This document shows positions 12,157 through 25,501 of a stretch of 64,000 nt of DNA, piece after piece (position 1 is the first letter of the stretch; the number at the start of each line of letters is the position of its first letter). The notes under the pieces are model-generated. The model was not told the DNA's origin and did not search any database. It saw nothing but the letters and a program-made list of their open reading frames with translations. The stretch is from Octopus sinensis (lineage: Eukaryota). The stretch is taken from NCBI RefSeq assembly GCF_006345805.1, contig NC_043001.1:120652001-120716000 (forward strand), read 5' to 3'. A program made the position numbers and the translations under genes.

Positions 12157-12773
12157 GCATATGTGTGTGCACATGTTTGTATCTGCCATGCTTGTATGTA
12201 TTTGCGAATGTTCCCAGGTGTGAATGCATGTTCGCATTTGTGTCTGTTCATGTGAAGGTGTTTGGGTGCATCCATTCACCCGTATTTATAAATGTGCGTG
12301 TGTATGTGTATGTTCGTATGTAAGTGTGCATGTGTGTGTGCATGTTCGTGTGTGAGTGTGCATGTGTATGTGTGTTCGAATATAGGTACACATGGATCTG
12401 CATATTCGTGCGTGTATGGATGGATGTGTGTGTGTGTGGTGTGTGTGTGTGTGCATATGAGTGTGCATGTGTTTGTGTGTGTACATGTACATGTGTATGA
12501 GAGCGCGCATATGTGTGTGCACATGTTTGTATCTGCCATGCTTGTATGTATTTGCGAATGTTCCCAGGTGTGAATGCATGTTCGCATTTGTGTCTGTTCA
12601 TGTGAAGGTGTTTGGGTGCATCCATTCACCCGTATTTATAAATGTGCGTGTGTATGTGTATGTTCGTATGTAAGTGTGCATGTGTGTGTGCATGTTCGTG
12701 TGTGAGTGTGCATGTGTATGTGTGTTCGAATATAGGTACACATGGATCTGCATATTCGTGCGTGTATGGATGG

Positions 12774-12790
<17 letters not shown>
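12157..12790. repeat. 350-bp near-identical tandem duplication inside a (TG)-rich cryptic satellite
   Basis: GCATATGTGTGTGCACATGTTTGTATCTGCC at 12157 and 12507; duplicated ORFs at 12292 and 12642 are offset by 350. Confidence 0.85.
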
Positions 12791-12810
<20 letters not shown>

Positions 12811-13092
12811 CGCGTGTGTGTGTAATTACATGAATAACAACTCCACAGTTCCGTTAAGATTTCGGTTACATAAACTAACAGATTCTATTAAATTTGTAAT
12901 GGAAGAATTCATAATCAGCTAATGACCGATTTGTGGAATCATTCCGTATGTCGTGGAAGATTAAGGAATACTCTCTCTCTCTCCCTCTTTCTTTCTTTCT
13001 TTCTCTCTCCATCTATTTATCTGTCAATCTCTCTCACACACACAAACACACATACACACAAACACACACACAAACACACAAACACACACACA

Positions 13093-13139
<47 letters not shown>

Positions 13140-13268
13140 TTCTTTCCTCTTTCTCTTCCTCCCTAAATATTGGGGCCGATTTGTTCGACTAAACACTTCA
13201 AATTGGTGCCTCATCATAGCCGAAGTTCAATGAATGAAACAAAAAATATAAATACTATAAGGGATATC

Positions 13269-13358
<90 letters not shown>

Positions 13359-13374
13359 GTGTGTGTGTGTATGT

Positions 13375-15364
13375 ATATTATATAAAAGTCAGTGTGTGTG
13401 TGTTCGTGTTTTCGTGTGTTACTTATAGACTCGAAAACTACTGGACCGATCCTAATGAAATTTGGAACACAAAATCCAAGTAAAGAGAAGGGTAATATCG
13501 TCTGTGTCATACAATTTTGAGGGAACGTAAAGGGGGGTGGCAGACCCACCCCCACCCCGTGAAAATTCATATGCTTCAGATTTTGATGAAATTTGAACCA
13601 TAGGTATTATAAATAAATTTTAAAATATTACCAAAATTTCCATTTCTTTGGATAATTCTATGAACCCCCAATGGGAACTTAATACCCAAATTTTAGTCAT
13701 TTTTCATGGACCAAAGTTACAGAATGGATCTTTATGATATTTGGAACTTAGATTCAATGCATAAGGGCGGGTATAATGCAGTATGTTCGGTTTGAATTTG
13801 AGGGGGCTTAAAGGGGGCAGAATCCTCCATGAAAATTCATAAATTTCCGATGTTGATGAAATTTCGACCATAGGTAATTGACACAAATCAATAAGTATTC
13901 CCAAAGTTTCCGCTTCTCATGAGAATTCTAAGAGCCCCTAATAGGGCCTTAACTCCCAAATTTTAGTAATTTTTTATGATCCAAAATAAGTTCAAAAGTA
14001 CTGAATGGATCTTCACGAAATTTGGAAATTATATTCTATGCATAAGCGTGGGTGTAATGCAGTATGTGTTTGAAAGTGAGGAGGCATAACTGAGGCCATA
14101 ACCTCACAAAAATTCATATATTTTTGCTGTTTTAACAATAGATTTTAATGTTAACCATAGATATTAGACACAAATGAAGTAATATTAAACTCTATGGTTA
14201 AAACAGCAAAAATGTATGAATTTTCAACTTCTTAGGAGCTTAGTAAGACCCCTTAATGGGGACTTAATCCCCACGATTTAGTCATTTTTCCTAAACCAAG
14301 ACGAATACAATTGTAGCCTTGGAAGTTGTAGAGTTACCCGAGGATGCAAGATGGGCGTTATTTGTAATTCAGTGGTACAACAGTATAAGAGTTTGCTTTA
14401 AGATATACTTAGATTATGAGTTCTGCAATGTGGTGCATAAATTGGCAAGTAAAGGAGAGGCATCTTTGCCTCCACTAATTCAGTTGCTAAGTGTTAATTT
14501 GAGTAAAGTTATTTAGTTGCAGACCTCCTTCGAGTCTTTATATTATCACTGGGTCAGAGATAGTCTCTAGATGCTAACATTGATTTCAAGGCCTTTTCAG
14601 ATAAGTGATTGGTCATTCAAAGAGATTTATAGATTGCAAGCTTATTCCGTTCAGTTATCTATCGGCAGAGTAAACATTGGCAAACTCCAGAGGTGACACT
14701 TTCATTTCTCCTTAGCTCTCACATCACACAGTTGTTAATGTCGATTTGAGTTTGATTACGCTTTTCCAATTGCTATAGATCTGTAATGTATCTTACGGCT
14801 GTGCTGGTCACTTGTATGGTGAGGAATCCTACATTGGGGAGTGGTAATGACTAGGGTAGGGTAGCTGACTGCTTATTGTGATCATTCGTCTTTTGGTGTC
14901 CTCTAGCTTTGCTTTCTTTTACAAACCCAGTGAACATTCATATATTTCCGATTTCAAAGAAATTTGAACAATAGATATAAGACACAAGTTAAAATGATTC
15001 CCAGCAATTCAACTTCTCTGGTTGATTTTAAGAGCGTCCCCCGACCCCCAATAGGGGCCTGAACTCCCACATTTTAGAGCTCCATGTGCTCCTCCATTTT
15101 TCAGGAGCAAAAACATTTGAATGGGTTTTATAAGATTTGGATTTTGGAATCTGAGCATAAATATGAGTAGTATGTGATAAATATGTCACGATTAGAATTT
15201 ATGTTAGAGTGTGTAAAAAAGGAAAGAACCCTCATTAATATTCTTAATCTCCAATTTTGATGAAATTCGAATCATTGGTATTCCGTTTCATTAGAGAAAA
15301 TATAACAGAAAAGTCTAATTCTTCAGTTCCATGTGACACGGACAATGTCGGGTATCTCTGCTAG
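13375..15364 (+). mobile_element. Non-autonomous Helitron-like element with ~280-bp internal subrepeats and a foreign insert (~14300-14930)
   Basis: 5' TATATAAAAGTC-AGTGTGTG...GGACCGATCCTAATGAAATTTGG start resembles 48364-48748; 3' ACGGACAATGTCGGGTATCTCTGCTAG|T. GATC..GAAATTTGGAA motif at ~13448, 13727 and 14008. Confidence 0.7.
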
Positions 15365-15375
15365 TATATATATAT

Positions 15376-15424
<49 letters not shown>

Positions 15425-15594
15425 TATATATATATTATATATATATATATGTATTTATGTATGTATGTATGTATGTATGTATGTATGTATGTATGTATGT
15501 ATGTATGTATGTATGTATGTACGTATGTATGTATGTATAAATATATATATATTATAAAACCTTTCCATCCCCTTTCTCTCCTCTTCGCTTCCTC

Positions 15595-15713
<119 letters not shown>

Positions 15714-16419
15714 TATGAACATCTATCTACCTACTTATCTGTCTCTACCTGCCTTCATACATACATACACACATACATGTCGAGCATCTTTTTCTCAACT
15801 ATTGTTATTGCTGTTGCTGTTTAATTCCAATTCATCGTCTCTGACTGAGAAGAGTTCTGCGTTCAAACATTTTCGTCCGACAAACTTTCGTCCGTCTCTC
15901 TGCAGATCTAGGACAACATTAGCACTATTCCAGTATGTCGCTCACGTTTCAAGATGTCGAAGGACATTTGGTTTCTATTTCTAGCAGAATGAATAACCAA
16001 GTACACGTAAAGCTCCCCACCCCACACCTGACGCCCTCTACTTACCATTGCTATTGAGATGTTATTTTATTGATTCAGATAAACTCGGTCAGGTTTTATT
16101 GGATATTACGAAAGTACAAACTCTAGATGTAAATATTTGTTTTATTGATTTAGTTTTATTATACTGTTTGTCGTTGTTGCTTTTGTTGGCGGCAAAGTCA
16201 ATTGAATTAAAACTTGTTATTTCTGTAAATAATTGTATTATTTGTGGAATGACAATGGTGGGTTAATACACTAATCGTTAAAGAATCAGGCACAATGTTT
16301 CGTTGTATTTAGCTATTGCTCTTTCTACGTTCTGAGTTCAAATCCGGCCGAAGTACCAGCTTTACTTTTCACTAAGTACTGGGGTCAATATAATCGACTA
16401 ACCTCGGTATCAGTCCTAC

Positions 16420-16745
16420 TGCGTGGAACCTTGGTCAAGTGTCTTCTGCTATAGCTGCGAGCTGAGCAAAGCCTTGTGAATGGATTTGGTAGACAGAAAT
16501 TGAAAGAAGCCCACAATTTATATGCGTGGGGTGGTATTTGTGTCTATGTTTCCCCCACCCACCACTTAACAGGTGCTGGTGTGTTTACATTCCCGTAATC
16601 CAGCGGTTCGGCAACAGAGACCGCTGGAATAAGTACAAGGCTTAAAAAATAAGTCTTGGTGTCGATTCGTTCTAAATTTCTTCAAAACGGAGAAACAGCA
16701 TGGTCGCATCTAATGACCGAAACAAGTAAAAGAATAAAAGAAAAG
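16420..16745 (+). mobile_element. SINE family A, partial, preceded by a family B fragment (16320-16405)
   Basis: CACTGCGTGG..ACCTTGG.CAAGTGTCTTCT..TATAGC and the tail GTGTTTAC.TCCCGTAA..AGCGGTTCGGCA are shared with the other copies. Confidence 0.7.
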
Positions 16746-16795
16746 AATACATATATATACTTTATTATTAAAGCTGAATCTCTGTGCTTACTCTG

Positions 16796-16836
<41 letters not shown>

Positions 16837-16850
16837 GTATAATATAACAT

Positions 16851-17392
16851 CCGTCCAATGGACGGCGCTGAATCATATCTGCTGAATAAAAAGCAATCAG
16901 TGTTTTCTTTTTATTAAAAAATAATTAAGTATGCCTTTATTTCAATAAATTTTTGGGTTTTGTTAAACGAAGTTAAGGCAAAAAAATAAAGCTTCTTGAG
17001 AAACCAAATAGTCTTTCCTTCCTTCATGCCAAATTTGAAGAAAATATTTTTTTGCATCTTAATTTTTGGGTCTCTTAAATATACTGCATTTTGTGGCATT
17101 ATTTCAAGCCAGCCGGCTTTTTTGCGCAAATTGCACGTGCATTTTTCTCGCGTACGCGTAGTATCGATGGCAACAGATGATGCACTTCCGCGTACAAATG
17201 CAAGTTCCCACGGCTTTATCAATCGCATTCTCACCTGGAATCGATTTTTGTAATTTTTCCAAGAATTATACACGCCCTGATACCGTCGGTATCTACATAT
17301 TAAATTTGAGCGCAATCGGATGGAGGATACCCAAGATCCTAGAAGACACACAGACAGACAGACAGAACGATTTTATATAATATATATATATT
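16851..17392 (-). mobile_element. Helitron/HINE-like non-autonomous element
   Basis: Minus 5' end TATATAAAATCGTTCTGTCTGTCTGTGTGTC..CCGATTGCGCTCAAATT resembles the other Helitron-like starts; perfect CCGTCC-AAT-GGACGG hairpin at 16851-16865 near the putative 3' end; no CTAG terminus seen. Confidence 0.45.
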
Positions 17393-17902
17393 TATTGAAT
17401 AATAATAAAAATGTAACTCTTTTCACGAAATAATAAGGATGGGTTCAATATATTGAGCAAATATCAAAGTTCAAGGAGGGAGGGAAGACAGACTAGTTTA
17501 TCAACCTCCTTAAAGTATTTTTAAAAAACTAAACCTTAAAAAATTCTTTCTTTGATGAAGGAAATGCGACCACCAAAGTCGAAAGAATAACTTTTGCTTT
17601 GCATATTCCCTGAAACGATCGAAAGATATCTCACTTCATTATATTTTTATTTCAATCCTGAACTGCTTTATTTTATTTCATTCCAGGGTAATTTTAAATC
17701 ACCTTACTCTATTTCATTTTACTTCATACAAGGACTATTTTAAATCTTTTAAACATCTCACTTGCTCGTAATTTTGATTAATTTCTTTTATCTGATATAA
17801 TTTTCTGTATATGCATTGTGATTATAATAAAAAATATAAATGTATATATTTGATTATATTCTCAATTGGAATATGTATTGGCCGGACTAGGAGGATGATA
17901 AA

Positions 17903-18225
17903 GTGTATATACATATACACAGAAAACCACTACTTTCAAAAACAAACGTTTCAAAGCGTTTAGAGTGGAGTAAAAACCTACAGAATTGGTCCTTAGAACA
18001 GTGGAAGAATGTTATTTTCTCGGACGAGTCATTCTTTACCTTATTTCCGACTTCCGGCCGAGTATACGTTTGGAGACAGCCAAAAGAAGCATTTGACCCA
18101 GACTACCTTCTTCCAACTATTAAACATGGAGGAGGATATGTGATGATCTGGGCGGGGGCTATATCTTGGAAATCCGCCGGCCCAATAGTTTCCTTTCATG
18201 GCAGAATTAATAGTCAAGACTATTT
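17903..18225 (+). pseudogene. Tc1-family transposase fragment
   Basis: KPLLSKTNVSKRLEW..WKNVIFSDES..VWRQPKE..PTIKHGGGYVMIW are typical Tc1 motifs around the first catalytic Asp. Confidence 0.85.
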
Positions 18226-18444
18226 GTAGTGATAATGGTGGAGGATATCACCTGCGCTTAACTCCATTTATTTATTTATGTATATTATACAAAATATTTC
18301 ACGTAAGCCCGGAGTTTTTACCTTTAAAAACAAAGAGTTACACCCTTTTTACTTGTGTGACTTTTTGCTACCCTGGTAACTATTTATCTATTTTTTCCGT
18401 GCTAATTGTTAACAAGGGAAAATACACACATCTATGTATATATA

Positions 18445-19724
18445 TCACGTCATCCCATAAGTTGTGTCCGATTTTACCATTTTTAAAATTGAATGAAATT
18501 TAATAGTATTTTAGTATGTCTAATGGAATTAAAAATTATTTTTATGCATTTGTGTACATTTAAACTAATTAAATATTATTTTACAGAATAATAGAATTAA
18601 AATTTCTTTGATTAAAACCATTTCTAACATGGAAATATCTAAAGAGCATTTGAGGCACATAATGCTTTATGAGTACAAAAAAGAAATTCTGCAGCCGATG
18701 CGACTCGAAACATACACTCAGTTTATGGGAAAGAATGCTTGAATGAAAGAACTTGCAGAAGATGGTTTGCAAAATTCAGAAGTGGAGATTTCAGCCTTGA
18801 AAATAAAGATTGAACAGGACGTCCAGTTGAGTTTGATGATAAGCTCCTTGAGGTATTACGTGAAGAAAATCCTGCATTATCAGTCGCAGAATTGGCAATA
18901 AAGCTTAGTCCAAACCCTACAATTGTTCATTGTCATCTTCAACAACTTGGAAAGGTTCCTAAACTTGGAAAATAGGTGTTTCATGAATTGTCCGAAAGCA
19001 ACCGCAAATCCTGAGTTGACATCTGCTCTTCTCTCCATTCTCGCGAACTCATTTCACCCTTTTTGGATAGACTTGTGACTGGCGACGAAAAATGGATCTT
19101 CTATCGAAATGTTAAACGTCGTAAACAGTGGCTTGGTAAAAGGGAAAAAGCTCAACCACAACCGAGAAGGGAACTTCATGGGGGAAAATGTTCTTCTCCC
19201 TATCTGGTGGGATTGCAAAGGAGTAATTCACTTTGAATTGTTACCACCTAGTGCAACAATCAATATTCAAGTCTACTGTCGGCAATTAAATCGTTTAAAC
19301 CAAGCTTTGAAGAAAAAAAGACCCGCTTTAGTGAATCGAAAAGGAGTGATGTTTCATCAGGACAATGCGTGACCCCACACTACAAAGATCACAGAAGATC
19401 GAAGAGCTTGGTTGGGAAAAATTCTTCATCCACCTTATTCTCCCGATCTTGCCCTTCAGACTACCATTTGTTTCGTAGTTTACAGAATCATTTGGGGGAC
19501 ATAGCTTTCGCAAGCTGGGAGGAAGTCAAAATTGACATTTCAGAGTTCTTCGCTTTGAAACCAAAAGAGTTTTACATTTATGGGATTAAAAAGCTTGTAT
19601 ATAGATAGAATGAAGCCATAGATAATCAGGGAAAGTACATTGATGATTAAATTTTAATTAAATGTAACATTTAATCACTTGTTTTCTTTATCAAAATTCG
19701 AACATAACTTATGGGATAACCTGA
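18445..19724 (+). mobile_element. Full-length (1280 bp) mariner element; transposase inactivated by stops and frameshifts
   Basis: Imperfect ~30-bp TIRs (TCACGTCATCCCATAAGTTGTGTCCG vs TCAGGTTATCCCATAAGTTATGTTCG) with TA on both sides. From ATG at 18629: MEISKEHLRHIMLYE..RRWFAKF..VTGDEKW..WWDCKGVIHFELL..HQDNA..HPPYSP-like..SDYHLF. Confidence 0.93.
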
Positions 19725-19891
19725 TATATATATATATATATATACAAAAAGCAATAAAGATTCAAGTTAATTTAAATGAATTTACTTGAATATGGTACTA
19801 ACTTAGATGCACCAAAAAAACTATACTGTTTTAACAATACAGTAATGTGGGTGATTATAAGAAGCGGAAGAAGCAACAAGAATGGATAGGT

Positions 19892-19981
19892 TTTTAGTAC
19901 AATCGTTTCATACAAGGACAGGCTTTATTAAAAGTTGTAAAAATTACAGCATATAAACGGTCCCGTACTCATCAGCTAAAA
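19892..19981 (-). ncRNA. Type I hammerhead motif, left arm
   Basis: Minus: TTTTAG CTGATGA GTACGGGAC..GTCCTTGTAT GAAA CGATTG T A CTAAAA. Confidence 0.8.
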
Positions 19982-21581
19982 TACATGTAGTTCTCTAGAC
20001 ATCCTAGTGGTTGAGGCTATACTCATGAAGTAATGTAGATAATTAAGTAACACAACAGATTTCCAAAGTTCATTAAAGTTCTTTAAAGATGATGTACAGT
20101 CTTATCACAGAATTTTAAAAAAGATCTAATAGCATCACAGAGAAGGTGACCTAATCCATAGAGCACATATGAAATTCCAGAGATATGATGAGGGATTACA
20201 TACTCACAGAAGACAAATTTATCCATTGTTAATCACAACGAGGTGGGTCTCAATTCCTGCTTATTAGCATTACAGAGAGGGTGAATTATCCTTGTATAGA
20301 TGCACAATTTCCAATGGTGTAGATGTAAGTTTCCAGAGAAACAAGAGGAATTTCATATTCACAGGCGATAAATTTATCAATGGTTGAACACAATGAGGTA
20401 GGTATCAGTTCTTGTTTTATGATTAGGTATTTGCCACATTAATCACATTACTGCTAATTACAGAGGCCGTAGCTATTTAACTTTTAAAGGCTGAAGGGCT
20501 TTCTAGAGAGGCAAAGAATAGAAAGAGAAGGGAATAGGAGAAAAGAGAGAAAATAAGGGAGGAGGGAGCAAAAAAAAGGGGGGGAGGGGACTAAAAGAGA
20601 AGAGAAAAGGAAAAAAGAATAAGAAGAAGAAACAGAAAAAAGAGAAAAGAGAAAGAAATAGGGAAAGAAGGGAAAAAAAAAAAAAAAGGGGGTTCTAGTT
20701 ATACAGACGAATTAGTAGACGGCAAGTCTGGTTTTAATTTACAGTCATCTAGGAACTAGAGGAGAATATTATTCTTTGGCCAGTAAAACAGCTAATTTAT
20801 TGCTGTTGAAATCAGCTATGAATTTAAAGAGAAACCAGACTTGCCGTCTACTAATTCTCTGTATACTAGAACCCCCTTTTTTATTTTTATTTTTTCCCTT
20901 CTTTCCCTATTTCTTTCTCTTTTCTCTTTTTTCGTTTTCTTCTTCTTATTCTCTTTTTCCTTTCTCTTCTCTTTTAGTCCCCCCCCCTTTTTTTGCTCCC
21001 TCCCCCTTATTTTCTCTCTTTTCTCCTATTCCCTTCTCTTTCTATTCTTTGCCTCTCTAGAAGCCCTTCGCCTTAAAAGTTAAATAGCTACGGCCTCTTG
21101 TAAATAGCAGTAATGTGATTAATGTGGCAAATACCTAATCATAAAACAAGAACTGATACCTACCTCATTGTGTTCAACCATTGATAAATTTATCGCCTGT
21201 GAATATGAAATTCCTCTTCGTTTCTCTGGAAACTTACATCTACACCATTGGAAATTGTGCATCTATACAAAGGATTAATTCACCTCTCTGTAATGCTAAT
21301 AAGCAGGAATTGAGACCCACCTCGTTGATTAACAATGGATAAATTTGTCTTCTGTGAGTATGTAATCCCTCATCATATCTCTGGAATTTCATATGTGCTC
21401 TATGGATTAGGTCACCTTCTCTGTGATGCTATTAGATCTTTTTTAAAATTCTGTGATAAGACTGTACATCATCTTTAAAGAACTTTAATGAACTTTGGAA
21501 ATCTGTTTGTGTTACTTAATTATCTACATTACTTCATGAGTATAGCCTCAACCACTAGGATGTCTAGAGAACTCACATGTA

Positions 21582-21672
21582 TTTTAGCTGATGAGTACGG
21601 GACACGTTTATATGCTGTAATTTTTACAACTTTTAATAAAGCCTGTCCTTGTATGAAACGATTGTACTAAAA
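21582..21672 (+). ncRNA. Type I hammerhead motif, right arm
   Basis: TTTTAG(21582-87) CTGATGA(21588-94) GTACGGGACA..TGTCCTTGTAT GAAA(21655-58) CGATTG T A(21666) CTAAAA(21667-72). Confidence 0.82.
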
Positions 21673-21736
21673 ACCTATCCATTCTTGTTGCTTCTTTCTC
21701 GCGTATATATATTATATATATATATATATATATACA

Positions 21737-22110
21737 CTAGCGGCTAAGCCCGGTTTGGATGATGTAGCTGTAAAACCTGTTCTGTGTAAGCATTCGACTT
21801 GTTTGGGCACGCTTACGTTAAAAAACAATTTTAGAATGACTTTTTTCTTTCAAAACGCTAAAAATAACTGACCAACAAAAAAAACAACCAATATTCAACA
21901 AAATCAAAAAATAAAGCCAAAGACTAAGCGAACAAAGATGAACCATCCTATTTCCATTGCGCACACACACTCACATTCACATACCCCCTTTTACATACAC
22001 ACGCACACACATATAGTCACAAAGAGTTGAAACGCTCACGCCTTCCTTCCTTATTCATCTATCACCCCTTCTTTTCTCATTCATAAACACAAGAGTATTA
22101 TTATAGTAGA
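21737..22110 (-). mobile_element. Short non-autonomous Helitron (374 bp)
   Basis: Minus strand reads A|TCTACTATAAT...ACCGGGCTTAGCCGCTAG|T: 5' TC, 3' CTAG, inserted between A and T. Confidence 0.75.
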
Positions 22111-22329
22111 TTATTTCCCTAACCATGGGAGCTATGAAAAAATACAAAGTCCAGCATCACCACCGGATCATTCTACACATCTGTAGAATAGAGTGTGTCA
22201 ATAGCCAGCTGGAGGAGGTGTTTTCCTGGGGTTACCCATATGGGTTTGGCATCCACATATGTAACAGCTGGGTCAGTAATGAATGCTTAGCTTTAAGACT
22301 TTCCTCTCGGAACCTCTACTGAACACAAT

Positions 22330-23000
22330 CTTGATATTGTTGTTTTTCATACGTTATTGTTCTTGCTCTGTTCCTGCTCATTGTTGTTGTCGTTCTTGTT
22401 GTTGGTATTGCTGTTGAGCGAACGGTCTTCGTCCCAGAGCTCGTAAGATGGAAGAAGTCCGAAACATGGTCCTTTGCTATTCGTAAGACCCGCAGGAGAG
22501 AAAGCAGGTCAACCCCCGACACCGAGAGCATCGACGGATGGATGAATGCGCATCCAGGCTCAGCGGTTGCGTAGGAAGTCGGGGACAAGAAACAGGAAGA
22601 AAGAGTGAGAGAAAGTTCGAGCGAAAGAGTACAGCAGGGGGGGCGACCCCTGTTGTACTATCTTCCAGTAGTTGCTGATTTTGCTGTTCTTGCTGATGAT
22701 GCCGTAGTTGCCGAGGTTGGTACTGCTTTTGTTGTTGTTGTTCGCTGATGATTTAGTACTTGAGGCTTATGAGGTCCTAGTGTTGGCAGTAAGAAGGTCT
22801 TGTGGTTCTCTGTCTTTTGCTGAGGCTAGAAAACTCGCAAGTGGCCAGTCTCTCCACACGGGTGGTAACGAGGCCTTCTATTCTCAACCGTAACATGCAG
22901 CTCTTCCCCTCTCGGAAGGTGAATGAGGTCTGGTATCTTGAAGATTGAGTCTTGTTAGATGTAGAGTAGCACCTCTACATTGATCCAAGATAAACTTTCA
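22330..23000 (-). pseudogene. Decayed ORF1 remnant of a Tx1/L1-like LINE
   Basis: Minus ~22830-22910 reads LHVTVENRRPRYHPCGETGHLRVF, homologous to LHVTIESR*LRCHLCSSKNHL of copy 1; followed by a similar Q/N-rich low-complexity segment. Confidence 0.55.
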
Positions 23001-23276
23001 CGATGGGCTCGCGTCACATCTAGGAAGCTGTTACTCCCTTCCAGGTCTATACACGCTTAAGTTCACCGTATATTTACCTCAGGTGGAATTCCTGAGATCT
23101 TCACTCTCACCATTCTCCTTCCTAAATATGATGGATGGAAAACATATTTTTCGTTCCGACAGGGAACTACGAAGTGTTTGACGGTTAAAACTTCACTCTT
23201 GAAGAGCACTGAAATGCCAAGAAATTGCTTGGAACTCGGGATATACTAAATGCCGGGCATTATTTCTTTCAGCGTT

Positions 23277-23495
23277 AGGCGGTGAGCAAGCAGAATCGAT
23301 AGCACGCCAGGCGAAGTGCTTAGCGCTATTTCGTCCGACTTCACGTTCTAAGTTCAAATGCCGCCGATGTCGCCTTTTCCTTTCATCCTATCGGGGTCAT
23401 TAAAGTAAATACCAGTGGAGTACTGGGATTAATGTAATCGACTATCCTCCTCCCCAAAATTTCAGGCGTTGTCCTTATAGAAGAAAGGATCATTT
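23277..23495 (+). mobile_element. tRNA-derived SINE family B
   Basis: GGCGGTGAG..GCAGAATCG.TAGCACGCC.GGCGAA head, GTTCAAAT B-box, CCTTTCATCCT.TCGGGGTC core; similar copies at 26714-26870, 33040-33245(-), 55986-56165, 56350-56515 and 63620-63830. Confidence 0.8.
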
Positions 23496-23656
23496 CTTTC
23501 GGCGCTTCTTCTCCGTCTGACTAGTTGTCTACGGTCATTTTCTGTTTGTAGAAACACTATATCACTTTCGTGTATCTGTGACTGTGCGGGCGCGTTAGTG
23601 CATCTGTGTGTGTGTGTGTGAGTGTGTGTGTTTGTGTGTGTGTGTATGTGTGTCTG

Positions 23657-23691
<35 letters not shown>

Positions 23692-24226
23692 TTCCACCAA
23701 TACTTCGATGAGTATGACTTTGTCAGCCCGTGGCATTCCGGGCTTGACGGGTTAGTCGCTTGAGCCAAACATATGTCTTTTAGTAGGATATCTATATCAT
23801 ACAGTTCAGTACCTTTAGCAGCAGTTTCTACAAAAGTATTGTTGTTGTTTTTGTTGTTATTGTTATTCTCCTTGGCAGTATTGTTGCCGTGTTTGTGTTT
23901 AAAATTATTTTTCTCAAAACAAAATGTAAATATCCTTCTCAAATTTGAGTTCCCAAAAGGGACACAAACAAACCACACTTATGCGATGCTGGTGGCTTCG
24001 ACAAAAGTTTTGTAACAAAATTAAACAATTAACAACTTCCAAAGACACAAATAAACAGACAAACTTACGAACGGTAACTACAAGCGTCCCGCCATTACGA
24101 TTAATAATAATAATAATAAAATAATAATAATAATAATGATAATAATAATAATGATAATAATAATAATGATAATAATAATGATAATAATAATAATAATAAT
24201 GGTAATGGTGGTGATGGTGGTGGTGG

Positions 24227-24284
<58 letters not shown>

Positions 24285-24398
24285 GTTGATTATGATCAGT
24301 AAAATGCACGTGGGCTACAGTCCATTCTTTGTCGTTTCTGCGAAAATATTTGAAAAATACGACAACATAAACAGCAGAACAATTTCTAACGGGAAAAC

Positions 24399-24430
<32 letters not shown>

Positions 24431-25392
24431 AAATTACTTAAAAATAAAATATATATGAGAAAAAGCGAGAAACCATTGGTAACGTGTCGGAAATATTCCT
24501 TTGAATGTATTGGATCAGTTGACTAGTGAATGGATAGATTAGGAAGTGTTTGTTTGGCCTTAGTCAATATTTGGGAGTTATGTGGTTATCTAAATACAGC
24601 AGGGATTTAAAGATGGATAGTTGTTAATATTGTAAATCACAGATGCGAAAACCAAGATATTTTTTTAGTTTTATTCGTTACATTTTAGTTTCTATATTTT
24701 TATTTTTGATTTTTATATAATTATTTTGTATTTACTTTTTATTTTTACGCTTTGTATTTTTGTTTTATATTTTTATATATTTCTACTGATATTGTTTTTA
24801 TATTTTATTTCTTATGCTTTTATTTTATAATTTTTTTTATTTTTATATTTTCCTTTTTCTTTTACATCTTTATATATTATTTTTATTTTTATATATTTAT
24901 GCTTCATATTCTAAAGGGATTTTTTTTTTATTTTCATATCTCTTATTTATATTGATAAATGCGGATGACGGATGGATTTATGGGTAGGTGGATGGATGGA
25001 TGGATGGATGAATAGAAGAAGAGAAAAAAAGGAATGACTAAAAGAATGGATGGAGAATAAAAGGAAGATTGGAAGAAAGTAATGAAACAATCACTTTTCT
25101 CATATTCATTGCATGATAATGGCAACATATGCTATAATGTTACGGATTCCGGATTACAGCTTTTGTCTCAAATAAAATATATTCATAGCGGAAAGTAAAA
25201 AAAATATTCACTTTTAAGCTATTCGTGTGTGCGTTATAAGTGCATGTGTGTGCGTGCTTGTGTGTATGTGTGTGTGTGTGTGTATGTATATATACACACA
25301 CACAGACACCGAGATAGATGGAGAGAGATACATATGCATACAGTACATGCTTAAATATACTTATATATACAGAGAGAGAGAGACAGACAGAC

Positions 25393-25501
<109 letters not shown>

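Larger units (their letters stand above)
19866..21697. repeat. ~870-bp inverted repeat (arms 19866-20734 and 20832-21697), ~97-bp spacer; PLE pLTR-like fold-back
   Basis: TAGACGGCAAGTCTGGTTT / AAACCAGACTTGCCGTCTA at the centre and AAGCAACAAGAATGGATAGG / CCTATCCATTCTTGTTGCTT at the outer ends; the arms differ mainly by small indels. Confidence 0.95.

Noticed and set aside
18629-19650. Active or domesticated mariner transposase
   Set aside because: Several in-frame stops and frameshifts.
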